This document shows positions 1-13,300 of a DNA stretch of 64,000 nt, piece after piece. The translations under genes were made by a program, and so were the position numbers. The DNA is from Podarcis tiliguerta. Its lineage: Eukaryota. A model generated the notes under the pieces. It had not been told where the DNA came from and searched no databases. It saw only the letters and a list, made by a program, of their open reading frames with translations. Within the stretch, counting starts at the first letter, position 1; each line of letters opens with the position of its first letter. The stretch lies in the NCBI GenBank assembly GCA_965153285.1, contig OZ229113.1; one strand, 5' to 3'.

Positions 1-875
1 CATATTACTGGAAGGAGCTGGCAGACCTATTTTCACTGCCTCTAGAAATTAAAAAGCATGGAACAAATGCAAACCCCACCACATTCACCTTTCCCAGCTG
101 CTGTCCTGCATCGAGCCTTGGACAATTCAGATTGTCTGATGTCATCATTGATCCCAACGCATTGGCAGTATCTTTCTGTCTGCCCATGAACTGTTCTCCT
201 GGGTCGCATGGATTTTCTAAAGCTTGCTGCCTCTTTGGAAATGGAGTCTTTAAACCTCTACTTCCACGTAGGAGGCTATTCCCATGGTTACATTACCTCA
301 TTACAGTTCATGCAAATTAATAATTACCTGCTGTAAAAGCTACATTTGACGGTTGCCAGAAGGGCAAATCTAGTTCAAACACAGAAGTTCCTACAATTGG
401 AGGGTTCTTATTCCTGCTTGTTTTCATTGCTGTGACCAATATGCTTCATGCTAATTTGCTACTTGGAATGTTTGTTTAAATGCAGTGTGGGCTTCTGCAT
501 TGGCCAGATAAGCTGCTTGGACAGTAAGTGCCTTGTTCTGTATCAATAACTATTTGTGAGGTGCAGGACTGAGGTAGCAGAGGAGATGGCGTGATTCACA
601 GATCTGTTGCAGAAGGAAGGCATTCGGTCGCTTTGCATGATATGTTGCTTTTCAGGAGGATGTGTTCAAAGGGGAGCTTCCTCTGTGGTGGGTGCTGGGC
701 TGCTAAATCAGAAATGAGGTGGGAAGCATAAGGAAGAAGAACTGGCTAGATAAGGGGTAGGGGGGAAAGGGCTTTCTTCCCTTACATAACCAGTAACCAT
801 CACCTTTCAGCACTTGAACTCCGGACAGCTCCAAAGAGCCAACAACAGTATAGCAGTACAGTACAGTATAAAATA

Positions 876-1196
876 GGGGCGCGGGTGGCGCTGTGGGTAA
901 AAACCACAGAGCCTAGGATTTGCCAATCAGAATGCCAGTGTTTCCCCACGACGGGGTGAGCTCCCGTTGTTCGGTCCCTGCTCCTGCCAACCTAGCAGTT
1001 CGAAAGCATGTCAAAGTGCAAGTAGATAAATAGGTACCGCTCCAGCGGGAAGGTAAATGGCATTTCTGTGTGCTGCTCTGGTTTGCCAGAAGTGGCTTAG
1101 TCATGTTGGCCACATGACCCGGAAGCTGTACGCCAGCTACTCCAGAGTTGGCCACAACTGGACCTAATGGTCAGGGGTACCTTTACCTTTACTTTT
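876..1196 (+). mobile_element. Sauria SINE
   Basis: Head GGGGCGCGGGTGGCGCTGTGG; (ACCTTT)n tail; TSD CAGTATAAAAT at 864-874 and 1197-1207. Confidence 0.9.
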
Positions 1197-2587
1197 CAGT
1201 ATAAAATTGTCTTTTTTTTAGTTAGTTAGAGCTTGCACAATACCCACAACCAGCACAGAATGAACAGCCAGGGAAACCTTGTAGTTGAGGCATTTCTCCC
1301 CTTCCTCTATAGACTACCCTGTGAGGCGGGGAAGCTGTCCTGCCTTCAGTTGCCCACTATGCCACAAGTTACTGTGTTCCAGCCCAATGACAACAGGGAG
1401 CTGCTGCCTTAACAGTCCTTTTTTTTTTTTTTTTGGCTGCAGGTTCTTCTTGCAGCTGATCCAAGAAATGCTGCTCAGAAAGCCTTTTGTTGCTGCTGTG
1501 CTGTTTCCAGCTGAGCCCATTCCTCCCCACCCATAGATTAAGCTAGGAGCAAGCCACAGGAAGTTCTATTTATGGGAGAATTGCCATTGATCTTAAGACA
1601 GCAGCTATTGCTTTGGGCTGCTGTTTGGACCATTGTGCTTTAATAGAAATTCCGAAATGCCTGTCAGGTAGGTTTAGAAATGATCGGCTTCTTCTAAATA
1701 TGTTGTTGCAGAGAGAAGTTTGAAACCTATCCCATTAAGTGAGGCAGGCAGAGTACTGCTATCTGCAAGCAGGCACACCACTCGCTGCTCCCACCAAAAA
1801 ACCTATGTCCCCACTGTGTAAGGACGTGTGGATCCAGAATTGGCCTCCATAGTCACTTACAGACACACCATTAAGACTGTGTTCATGGAAGACAATCTTA
1901 CTTGGCCACGACTGATCACCAAAGAAGAAGACCACTCGCTACTTGATTGCTCAGTGCTCCATCACTGTGTCTGAACATGCAACTTCCTTCACTGGAGTAT
2001 TAAAATTATGATGATGATGATTACTCTAATTATTATCGAATTGCCATTTACGTGTGTCTGAAAGGGATTAACAAACATACTGTGAAAAGTGTTTTAAGCA
2101 GCTTTTAAAAAATAGAACAAAAAAGATAGGTTTAAAGACAATGAACACCCAAGGCAGAGACCTTTTCAGCCATCTGGAAAAGGTTGTCAAAACAGAAATG
2201 TCTTCAGTTGTTTATGAAAGGAAAAGATAGTGAGTGCCTGTTGTATCTCAGAAGAAAGGCTGTTCCACAGAACAGGGCAGCCCCACTGAAAGCCCTGCTC
2301 TGAGTTACTATGGACTCCTGATATTTGGGGGACTTGAAGGAGGATCTCTGCTGCATAGAGGTCTTAATATTTTTAGAACCAAAACTTGTCCAGGTAGCAA
2401 ATTGGCAATTGGTGCAAATCCCACAAGCAAGGTGTTCTCTGCTGGTGGTAGTTTGCCACCACAAGTAACCTAGCCACTGCATTCTTTGCTAGATGGCACC
2501 TAATCTCCTAGTGGCTGCTCCCAATAGCCACTCCCAATGTTAATCTGGTGCTCTAATAGCACCTTAGCGACCCATGGGCCCAAGGAG

Positions 2588-2905
2588 CAGTGGTGTAGCA
2601 TGGGTTGCCAGTGCCCGGGGCCGTATGGAAGGGTGGGAGGAAAACAGATGGAGTACTCATACACATTCAATATGCCTAATGGAGTCCACATCACCCAGGA
2701 GATTGCAGCCACAGAGATAAGAAAAGAAGAATAATTCCATAGTCTGGAGAGGTCGCTTCCTGGTTTGCATGGGGAAACCATTTTCAATGGAGCCTAGCAA
2801 CAGAAGCACACAACTGTCTTGAGGCAGCACCAGGTGTTGAAATTTTGCACCCCTAACAATTTTGTGCCTGTGGCAACTGCCCCTATGCCCCCCCCCCACG
2901 CTCTG
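2588..2905. mobile_element. hAT-type MITE related to the element at 10235
   Basis: Left TIR CAGTGGTGTAGCATGGG; decayed right TIR CCCACGCTCTG; near-TSD CCAAGGAG / CCAGGGAG. Confidence 0.65.
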
Positions 2906-3507
2906 CCAGGGAGTAAAACATAACCAAAGATAAGGGCCACAGACTCCAGATTGTTACTGAAACAAATTGAAACACAATTCAGTAATCCAATTTTCATATA
3001 GAAAATAACATTGGGTTGCTCAACAGAACTTCCTCTCCTCTTCTCAAATGCCCCCTTGCTTGCTTTTTCCTAGCCTTACTGAAGGTTTGGCCTCCTTGCA
3101 GCTTCCTCAGTTCCCCTGCTCTGTTCCCCTAGTTTTCAAAAAGAATATCTGAGTTTCCAAGCATGACCTTTCATCTACCTTTCCTGACATTTTGGAATAA
3201 AGTTCGTAGTTACCCAGCCAGTGCCGTAGGTTAGGATTGTGTTCTTTTCAGATAGGTGAGAGCATTTGAAAGAGAGTTGCATAGGAAGAATTGAGGGGGG
3301 TGGGAGAGAGTATCTGAGCATCTTTTATATTGATCAGCAACTTGGTGGTACCACAGCCATCAGTTTTCCATCTTGCACCTACCTGGGAAAAAGAGGAAAA
3401 AGAGAGAGAGATGTCTTTATGTCAGTATGCACAACAAACCAAAAGAATACCCATTGAAGGAAACAGCAGTAATTTATAGTTTACCTCAGAAAGCGATTGA
3501 GCTAGTA

Positions 3508-3765
3508 CAGTGGTGCCTTGGGTTAAGTACTTAATTCGTTCTGGAGGTCCATTCTTAACCTGAAACTGTTCTTAACCTGAAGCACCACTTTAGCTAATGG
3601 GGCCTCCTGCTGCCACCGCACCACCGGAGCCCGATTTCTGTTCTTATCCTGAAGCAAAGTTCTTAACCTGAAGGACTATTTCTGGGTTAGCAGAGTGTGT
3701 AACCTGAAGCGTATGTAACCTGAAGCGTATGTAACCTAAAGCGTATGTAACCCGTGGTACCACTG
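3508..3765. mobile_element. Tc1/mariner (pogo/Tigger-like) MITE
   Basis: Terminal inverted repeats (TIRs) CAGTGGTGCCTTGGGTTA / TAACCCGTGGTACCACTG; TA on both sides; internal AACCTGAAG repeats. Confidence 0.88.
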
Positions 3766-4635
3766 TATTGTGGCTCCTCTCAAACAATGCAGATATTTTT
3801 TTCCAGCTTGCTCAACAGGGAGTTGTTAAGGGCATTGGAAAGTGAAAAGAGATGTTTGATTTTACTGGATACAACATTTTAACCTCTGTGATGCCAGTAG
3901 GCACCCCAACCATGTAGGCATACATTGATGGCATAGTGATCCTATTGGAAATTGCAGTCAGATATAACTAGCAAGCCTAAGGCTAGTTAATGCATGATGG
4001 GGTTAAGACCACAGATCTGTATTCCTAGACTCAGCTAGACTCCTCAGCTGGAAGGAGGAAAGTTAAGATTCCTCCTTTGTTTGTTCTTCTTTCACCCCAT
4101 GAACTCACTGAGATAGGATGTGCCTGAGCTTGCTTGCTACAAGCTCAGACTGCGTAATTATATTCGCCTATTTTGCTATGTTTTATGTCCCAGGAATTCT
4201 TCTTGTGTTTACTTGCTGTTACATGGATAAATGCATGAATCTGACCTTTGGAAGTTTTGTAAGTAAAGTTGTTTTAAACTTATAAAACTGTATGAACTTT
4301 TCACTGTGATATGGGTAGAAACGGGGAAGCTCTGATAGCAACTAGAATGAGCTATTTTAAAAGTCTAACAACCTATTATTCTCTGGCTACACTACTTTTG
4401 TGACTTTAAAGCTCTGCAGGGGCTTCCCTCTTACTTAGCCCCATGTTTGAATGTAGGCATTCATCAAATTCTGTTTTTATTTAACCAAATATCGACAGAT
4501 TCTTGATTCTCCATTGTGTAGCCCAAGAGGCAGCCGCCCACTCTAGTTAGATACAGATTTGCCAACAAGTACTTTAGAGGATTAACATTTTTTAATCTAT
4601 TAGAACAAACAACCAAAAAGACTTTATACAAATTA

Positions 4636-4848
4636 CAGTGATACCTCTAGTTACGAACTTAATTCGTTCTGGAGGTCAATTCTTAACCTGAAACTGTTCT
4701 TAACTAGAGGCGTTCCTTCACTAATGGGGCCTCTTGCTGCTGTTGCGCCACCGGCACACAATTTCCGTTCTCATCCTGGGGCAAAGTTCTCAGCTCGAGG
4801 TAACTCTTCCAGGTTAGTGGAGTCTGTAACCTGAAGCGTTTGTAACTG
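4636..4848. mobile_element. Tc1/mariner MITE (same family, right TIR partly deleted)
   Basis: Left TIR CAGTGATACCTC follows TA; body matches the copy at 3508. Confidence 0.8.
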
Positions 4849-5449
4849 TAATGACAATTTAGTGGAAAACAAAGTTGCAAAAAAGTGTGATTTGAATAGT
4901 TCAAGAAACCTAGGATTTGCAAAATGGTTCACTAGGGCGAATTTCTGAAACCAATTCCTAAGAACAACCACAACAGAGAAGATCTTCAGTTCAAGTCACA
5001 TTTCATTTCAATACCAAAGCTAATTGCAGGTGCGGAAATGAAAAGCCAAAACTTACAGGCCATTGATGTGGAAAGTCACAGAGAACTCATGAGTCGTTTC
5101 TTTCCCTGCTTGCTTTGTTGAAGATGGTAACATTAATGATGGTAAAGTGATATGCTGAGGAACTTTCCCCTTCATCTCTGACCTTTCAATATAACTGGAG
5201 TAAGAAGACAGCACTAACTTGAGAGCAGAACACAAGACAACACATAAGTAGCAGTAACAGATGGAGATCCTTATAAGCAAACCTTTGAAAAGAATAATCA
5301 TCCTTTGAGCATTTCTGTTTATTCAGTAATCTTCCTTAGGATATGTATGGGAACATATGGATTTTAATTATTTTTGTCAACAGATCACCTGACTCAGTTA
5401 TCAGATCATTCCTGAGCAGGAACAAGAAACTCTTTCCCACCCCCTCCAT

Positions 5450-6870
5450 AGATTTTATTGGAATATAGAAAAAGGTATACAGAAATTATTATAAAATATC
5501 TTTTTTGTCAAAGAAAAAAGTTAATCTAGATAAAAGCACAAACCACAACAAAAGCAAAAGAAAGAAAGAACTTCTTGTTCCTCGTCTATCAGCTATTTGT
5601 AAATGTTATTCAACTCATCCATTCCAGTATTACACCTAATAAAACCACTTTCTATAAACCAACATTATCTTCAGTCTTCAAACCCAAATGTCATTAGTTC
5701 ATTTTCTTTTTCACACACAGAGTCTATAAGAGATTCCCAATCTTTAGTCAATGTTTCCCTGATTAAACATGTAAATTTCACCATCTCAGCTACGTCCAAT
5801 AATTTTAACAACCGTTCTTCCATTGTTAGGAAACATGAGTTTTTCCATCTTTTTGTGTATAAAAGTCTCACCACTGGAATCATGTCTTGGAATAAAATGT
5901 CATAGTCCTTTTTCTAATTGTTTGTCCATAAGTTCCAGCAGGAAGAGTTCTGGTTTCAGTTGGAAGTTAACCTTCAAAATTCTCCGTATCATTGTTTGAA
6001 TTTGTATCCATTTTTTAATAGCTTTTTTACATTCCCACCCCCCCCCCAAGCATGATAGAATGTTCCTTCATGTTCTTTAAAGGTAAAGGTAAAAGACCCC
6101 TGACAGTTAAGTCCAGTTGCGAACGACTCTGGGGTTGCAGTGCTCATCTCGCTTTCAGGTCAAGGGAGCCGGCGTTTGTCTGCTCTGCAGACAGTTTTTC
6201 TGGGTCATGTGGCCAGCATGACTAAGCAGCTTCTGGCGCAATGGAACACTGAAACCAGAGCAGCACATGGAAACGGCATTTACCTTCCCGCTGGAGCGGT
6301 ACCTATTAATCTACTTGCACTTTTTGGCATGCTTTCGAACTGCTAGGTTGGCAGGAGCAGGAGCTGGGACCGAGCAACCGGAGCTCACCCCATCATGGGG
6401 ATTCGAACCGCCAACCTTTTGATCTGCAAGCCCAAGGCTCAGTGGTTTAGACCACAGTGCCACCCTTTAAACCTCCATCTTTAAACTTCCAGCAAGTATT
6501 TAGAATATTTTTATACATTCTAAATAACATCTGAGCGGTTAAATACCAACGGTACACCATTTTATTAAAATTGTCCTTTCAATCATAACGCAATGTGTAT
6601 TTTAACCCTATAATCCCATATGCTCCCATTGTTCCATCTGTATATTATACCCAAAGTTATTTTTCCAATTTAATTAAACATTATTTAACTTGTTCTTTTT
6701 TGTATTTCAAATTTAAAGAGTAATTTGTACATTTTCACAATGACATGTTCATCATCTGTACACAACTATATTTCAAAGTCTATCTTTTTTTGTTCTGATA
6801 CTGAAAGTCTTTTTATCTAACTTAAATCTCTCTGTAAGCTGTAAATAGCAAAAACTTTGGAGAATGTGAC
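5450..6870 (-). mobile_element. Decayed L1-clade LINE 3' portion, interrupted by a Sauria SINE
   Basis: ORF 5671-5883 (RLLYTKRWKN...MEERLLKLLDVAEMVKFTCLIRE...GFED) resembles squamate L1 ORF2 C-termini. The minus strand is A-rich, with a T-rich 3' UTR and AATAAA near 5455. Confidence 0.7.
6079..6464 (-). mobile_element. Sauria SINE inserted in an L1 fragment
   Basis: (AAAGGT)n tail on the plus strand; body matches the other copies; short TSD CTTTAAA. Confidence 0.88.
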
Positions 6871-8262
6871 CTTCCCTTGCTAAGTACCGGTAAGTGCACA
6901 AGAAAATTCTTCTGTCAGCAGTCAATAATTAGCTAGAAACTAAGTGGGAATTTTGATTATCTGTATTAAACAACTACCGTAGAGCTATAAAAGGTAGTTG
7001 TTAAACCATCTAGCTTTTATGGACTCCTCCTGTGGTATTTCAAGCAAATTATTGCATTTAGCAGTAAAATGACACAAAGTGCCATAAAGTTAACTGCAAT
7101 TTCATCAGATTCTATTATGATTTACTGATTTAAAAAATAAAAACCAAAATAAAATAAAATAAGAAAGACTTGTAGAAAACGTCACTGAAATTTATTCACA
7201 TTCTCCCTGTTGCTTTTCATTTATCTTAGATCAAGCCTGCAAATACAGACACAGAAAGAACTATGAAAATGCCATTACAAACAAAAGCAAACCATCTAGT
7301 GGATGACTGTAGCTAAAGCAGGGATTAGTCAATGTCACGGCAAATGCAAACAGTGCACCTTTCTTGAACAAAGTAAGAAATCTGGCAAAGCAATGTGGAC
7401 ATCACAGACTGTGCACAATCCATTGATAGAAAACAAGGTCCAGATGACCTGGGAAGCATAACATCCTGCAATATATACTTCACTGGTTATTATTATTATT
7501 GTGCAGAGAGTAAATCATGAGTCACAGTCAAAACAAATGCAAGGTACGTCAGGGTTTGTACCAGTGACCAGGCTTGACTGAAATGATAGGACAAGCTATT
7601 TGAAATCCAGGTTCCAATTGAGAGACACAGTCTAAGGACAAAGAGTGGACTTAGACAGAAACATAAGAGGCTGCAGAAAAAGTGTGGGAATCCATGCAGC
7701 ATGGATGGAGATAGGACCACAAGTATTGCTCAGTAGGATGTTGGAGAGATCTCAACAGGGACCAGAGAAAAGGCATTTGTTACAACTCATGGGCCAAACC
7801 ATTCAACTTGGTTGCACAGCCAGGAAGCCAAAGGTCTTAAAGCAGTCAGTTTTTGGAACATATGCGAGAGGTTGGTTTCTCATGCAATGCATTGGACAGA
7901 ACTCCAGAAGAACACATGCTGAAAAGCAACTGTCATTATTGCATAGATCAGATGCCCATTTCACTTCCCAGGAATATGTCTTTCTGAAAGTGCATTTCTA
8001 TTTTATAGACAGTAAAGAGATCATTTTACAGCAGTGGGAAAACACAGATCCATATACCAAATTTGGACCATCAGGCCTCCCCACTTGACCCATGAAGTCA
8101 TTTTGACCAAGCCATGGGAATAGAGGTATTGCGTTAAAGGGATCCATGAGGAGGTGCTTCTGTCTGGATGCCCAGGCTAGGGCCATACCACTCATTGAGA
8201 TGGCACTCCACTGAGAGGTGGTGCCTATTTGATGTATGCCGTACATCAATTAATGCCGACCT

Positions 8263-8509
8263 TGTTGTTGTTGTTGTTGTTGTTGTTTAGTCGTTTAGTC
8301 GTGTCTGACTCTTCATGACCCCATGGACCAGAGCATGCCAGGCACTTCTGTCTTCCACTGCCTCCCGCAGTTTGGTCAAACTCATGCTGGTAGCTTTGAG
8401 AACACTATCCAACCATCTCGTCCTCTGTCGTCCCCTTCTCCTTGTGCCCTCCATCTTTCCCAACATCAGGGTCTTTTCCAGGGAGTCTTCTCTTCTCACG
8501 AGGCGGCCA
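8263..8509 (-). mobile_element. BovB-type RTE LINE 3' fragment
   Basis: Closely matches the 3' end of the copy at 35432 (RREDSLEKTLMLGKMEG...TRLND) and has the (AAC)n tail. Confidence 0.92.
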
Positions 8510-9699
8510 TGAGGAGGAAAACAAGGGGAAAAAATATTCTGAATCTCAGAAGCCAGAACAACAAGGGGGATCGCTGTGCAGTGAAAGCAGCAATCCCTCT
8601 TGCTGTTCTGGCTTCTGTGATAGCTGTGCAGCCTGCATTCGCTCCATAAGACGCACACGTTTCCCCTTACTTTTTAGGAGGGAAAAAGTGAGTCTTATAG
8701 AGCAAAAATTACGGTACATTCCATCTGAACAAATGCACTAGAGGAGACTCCTAGTTCTGATGGCTGACACTCAAGAGAGATCTCTACATAACCCCCAGCC
8801 ATCAGTCAGTCACTGGGTTATTCAGAAGAGATACACCTAACAAAGGAAGGTTCCCTGACCATCTTAAGGTCACTCTTAAGTTTTGGACGGAAGGGCCAAA
8901 GCAGAATGAAGCCTGCAGCTACAGCAATTCCTTGCAACAGTTGCCTTAAAAGGTGTTTGAAGGTAAATGGTCCTTCTAAGATACAGTTACACTGCAGGAA
9001 GCTTAGGGAGAATTGTTCTGTTCTTGTGTGAATTAATATTCTCTCAGTGTCTGTTGCTCTCTGCCTCTGGACACTGTAAATATGAGTGTCCCTGAGAAGG
9101 AGCCTAACTGCTTCAGCCCCTAGGTAGTTTCTCTTCACAGAATAAGTACTATGTCCCTGGGGTTTGCCAGCTGAGTCCTTCTGTTTCCTTTGCCAACTCC
9201 CATTTTCCCAAGTAGGTTATGATGAATGATGCCCTGAGGTATGCCATACGTTTGAGGGAGCCTTTAGAAGCAGATTTTCTGTTCAAGGATGGAGCAATAA
9301 ACTGCAATGATTCTGGCACCTTGCACCTAGTGCATGCCAATTCAGATGCACAACTGACCCCACTAGAAAATACTCCCAAGTAGCTATGTATATAGCACCT
9401 AGGCTGTGACCCAAAACACACATACAGGAGAGCGTGTCCTATTGAAGAAAGAGGGATTTGCTCTTGAATAAATATGTATAAGAATAAGGTGCTCTAAAGT
9501 CTCTCTACATTTGCTTAAGAATGAGCCCCAATTGTACATAGTGAGGTCTACTACAGAGTAAATGTGAGCCAGAAAGCAGACTTCATGTCAGCTTGCAGTG
9601 GCCCTGCAGCAACTAACCATCACCTTTCCCCAAGAATGTTGTACAGGAAAATTAGGAAGTTCCATAGCAAAAGTGTGATCAGTGATTCCAACCAATCAA

Positions 9700-10155
9700 T
9701 AATACACCACCCATCTGGGGAACCTTCAATAAAATATAAAAAAACCAATATAACATCAAACATTAAAAATTTCCTGATAAAGGACTGGCTTCAGATGTCT
9801 TTTAGAAGTTGCGTAGTTCTTATCACCTCAACATCTGATGGGAGGGTGTTCCACAGGGTGGGCGCCACTACTGAGAAGACCCTCTGCCTGGTTCCTTGTA
9901 ATCTCACTTCTCGCAGTGAGGGAACTGCCAGAAGGCCATCGGATCTGGACCTCAGTGTCCGGGTAGAACAATGGGGGTGGAGACGCTCCTTCAGATACAA
10001 GGACCGAGGCTGCTTAGAGCTTTAAAGGTCAGCATCAACACTTTGAATTGTGCTCAGAAATGTACTGGGAACCAATGTAGATCCTTTAGGACTGGTGTTA
10101 TATGGTTCCAGCAGCTGCACCCAGCCATCAGTCTAGGTGCTGCATTCTTGATTAA
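9700..10155 (-). mobile_element. L2-clade LINE 3' fragment
   Basis: Encodes YLKERLHPH...RTLRS...LLAVPSLREVRLQGTRQRVFSVVAPTLWNTLP, a typical L2 ORF2 C-terminus. Confidence 0.8.
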
Positions 10156-10234
10156 TTAGTTACATCCTCACACATCCAAGAAGCATAGCAATTGCAATCA
10201 CACACATACACACACAAACATACTGTACCAAGAT

Positions 10235-10371
10235 CAGTGGCGTAGCGTGGGGGGGGCGGCTGCACCGGGCGCAACATCTGGGGGTTAGGGTTAGGGGGCG
10301 CAAATCCACGAGTTAGGGGGCGCAAATTACTTGCCTTGCCCCGGGTGCTGACAACCCACGCTACGCCACTG
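10235..10371. mobile_element. hAT-type MITE containing TTAGGG repeats
   Basis: Perfect 17-bp TIR CAGTGGCGTAGCGTGGG; perfect 8-bp TSD ACCAAGAT. Confidence 0.9.
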
Positions 10372-13300
10372 ACCAAGATACCCTGCCTCCCCTCAATGGT
10401 TAATAAGTTTGATGCACAGATCCCTTCCCCCACTCCTTCCTTTTCGAATGCTGTTCCCATCATCTGCTCTCCAATATCCATAAGAATGCAAGTACTGTTA
10501 TTGATGGTGCATTGTGCCATGTTTGTGTACGGCAGCATTATGCTCCAGTACAATACATTTTCTTGGCTTAAACCTGAAATAGAAACCATTAATTGTGTCC
10601 GTGGTATTCTGCTGCATGCAACAACTTTTGTAAGGAAGCAAACGCTTTCATAGAAAACCTAAATTCCTCCTGTAGGGCACAAAATGAGATAGAAGGTAAT
10701 AGGAAATGGACCATTATGGCAATATTTTAGCAACACCATCGAGAGAGGAAGGAAGGGAAGGAGAAAAGCAGCACTGGAAACTCAGTTTTACAATGTTGCC
10801 CTTTTGATGGCGGAAGGGACAAGCTAAACTGAATCAGAACTGTGGAGAGGTGTTTGCAGCAAGGAAGTTTGGGTCTGAAATGTCTTAGGATGCTCTCTGC
10901 ACAGTTACTCTTCAATGGCACAAACCTTGACAGCAATTTCTTATTTCACCAGATTATTTTTTTTAATGGAAGATATTGATGATTAGTAGTTGTGATTTAT
11001 GGAACAACCCCCAAGTGTTGAGTGGAAATCAGAATTCACAGGCACAGGAGGGCAGGGCCTTTTTGGTACTGGCCCCATGCTTGTTGAATTCTCTCCCTTG
11101 GGAAATTATAGAGAACTGGCTTTCAAGTAGACCCTGAAAACGTTTTACACTCGCAATTTCTTAATATGTAGCACCCTTGCATTGTTTTACTGCTGCTGTT
11201 TTAATGTGGGACTTATTCCCAATAAGAGGGTTTAAAATTGCAGCCACACAAAACCCCAAACTCTCATTAGATATGGTGGAATGGCTATCATGTCTAATAG
11301 TTGCCCAATCTGGGATGTTGGTTACCAGAGCATAGACAACAGAAGTTAGGCTATCCCTGTCCAGACAGCGGCACAGCTGGGCCACCAGCCAAACTGGTGG
11401 AAGACACTCTACATCATCGAGGCCACCTGAGCCTCAAGTGAGAGTGAAGGACCCTAAAGTACCCCTAAGCAACATACCTGCTCCTTCAGAGGGAGTGTAA
11501 CTCCACCAAGAGTAAGCCACCTCTCATCCACCCAGTCTAGGTAACCAACCCTCCCTAACACTCCCTTAGTCTTATTGGGACTGAGTGTCACTTTATTTAG
11601 TCACATCTAGTCCATTACCAAGGCAAGACATCAGCCCAAGACATCACCACCACACCTGCAGATATCAATGAGAAGAGTCGTAAAACGAGGGCTAGCAGCT
11701 GGGACTTCCAAGAGGCTGGGGGACTCTCTTGCTGTTCTTAAGTCTCCCCTGGATGAAAGAGGGAGGCAGGAGAGGAAATGTTGTTTGTTAATATCCTTCC
11801 TAACTTGCGCTAGCAGGTTCCTTTACTTAGCAGAGTATACATTCCCCTTTTGACGCACAGCAGATAGCTGGTTGCAGGCTTGTGTAAGCCTCTCACTGTC
11901 ATACAATTCAGTGTTGAATTGTATGTTCCTAGTAAGTTCCCTTTTATCCCTCTTAAAAGAATAAAGACACAACAAACACATTTAAAGTCAAAAAAAGAAG
12001 TTTACTTACATTCAGTTCACAGTTGGATTCCTGAAGGCATAGTTACAAATATGTACATTTAGATCTACCCCATATGGGGGAATAATCCCAGCGGTTCTGC
12101 TAGTGGGAAGCTAGCAGAACATTTCTAGCTTAGAAGCTGGTCCGACGAAGAAGGAAGCGAAAAAGAGAGTGTGGCAGCATGCCTTGTTCTTTTGTTACCT
12201 GGACAGGTAAGGTCACACCCACCTCTAGTCACATGCAAAAGGAAGGATGTTCCAGCCGAATAGGAAACAGGAAGTTTCGACTAGCTGGACCAAACATCCC
12301 CTTGCATGTCCACTCTAGGAAAACAAGGAATGTTGGGTTTGACTGCTCTCGGTGGATTACATCCCACACAGGGGCTCCTTGGTGTGCAGTAAGGCCAACA
12401 GCAGCAGCTGGGACTTAATTGTCTGTTAGCTTTTTCTCCTTTTTGCTCTGTACTTATGACTAAGTCTAGATTATTTCTTTTGCAATATTGAATTTATTTC
12501 ATTTGCTAAGTTGTTGACCTTTTCCCTTATCTCACTTCGTTGACATGCTTTGCAAACACTTTTCCTCTCCTCTTCCTCCACACACGCCTCTCAATGTTTT
12601 GTGGATGGGTGTTGTAAGCTGCTTTGGTGTCCAGCTCACAGTGGAAATGGAACATACAAAGAAACTCAACCAATTAATCAACACGTTTGGCTGTTCCAGC
12701 TGTGTGGGGGCAGTGGGAGTGGAATTTCAATGACGTCTCTTTCTTGCCAGTGGTGCATCTCATCTCCTGGGCTCCTGCCAAATCCTGTAGCTCCTCAGCA
12801 AGTGGCAGTGATAGAGTGGGAAAGTTCTCAGTGCTCTGTTTCTGTGCAGAACATTTTCCATTTCATATGCCCCTTGGTAACAATGAGTGCATGCCAAGTG
12901 CGAAATCAATTATTAGGCAACCTTGGCAGTTTTCAAGCTTTGTTTACTAAATACAAGTAAATTAAAGATGATAAATTAGATCACTCTCTGGGACATTAAA
13001 AAAAATATCCAGTGCAAATGGAACTTTCACCTTACTTTGCATAAGATTTTTTTTTTGGGGGGGGAGGGGAATCCAACTGACATTTTTGCTCTAGAAAACT
13101 CACATCTAAATGTCAAAATGAGGGTGAACTGAGACTGTATGCCAGGGACCCTAGAGGAGCTGAAGCAGTATACCAGGAATAGGGAACCTGTGGTCCACTA
13201 GATATTGGTGGACTCCAACTTCCACCAGTCATGTTTTAGACATTGCTCTCTTTAGACAGGAACCTGTGAATATATTGGCATCAAGTTGGGAGAACAAAGG

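Noticed and set aside
3690-3755. Short direct repeats (GTAACCTGAAGCGTAT) resembling a CRISPR array
   Set aside because: No spacers; these are internal repeats of a Tc1-type MITE in eukaryotic DNA.
3955-4497. Possible solo LTR
   Set aside because: LTR-like composition, but termini and TSD could not be established.
7230-7373. Plus-strand exon-like segment with a good acceptor and GTAAGA donor
   Set aside because: Stops in all three frames and no supporting context.
7645-8088. 147-aa plus-strand ORF
   Set aside because: GTG start, no motif, no splice support.
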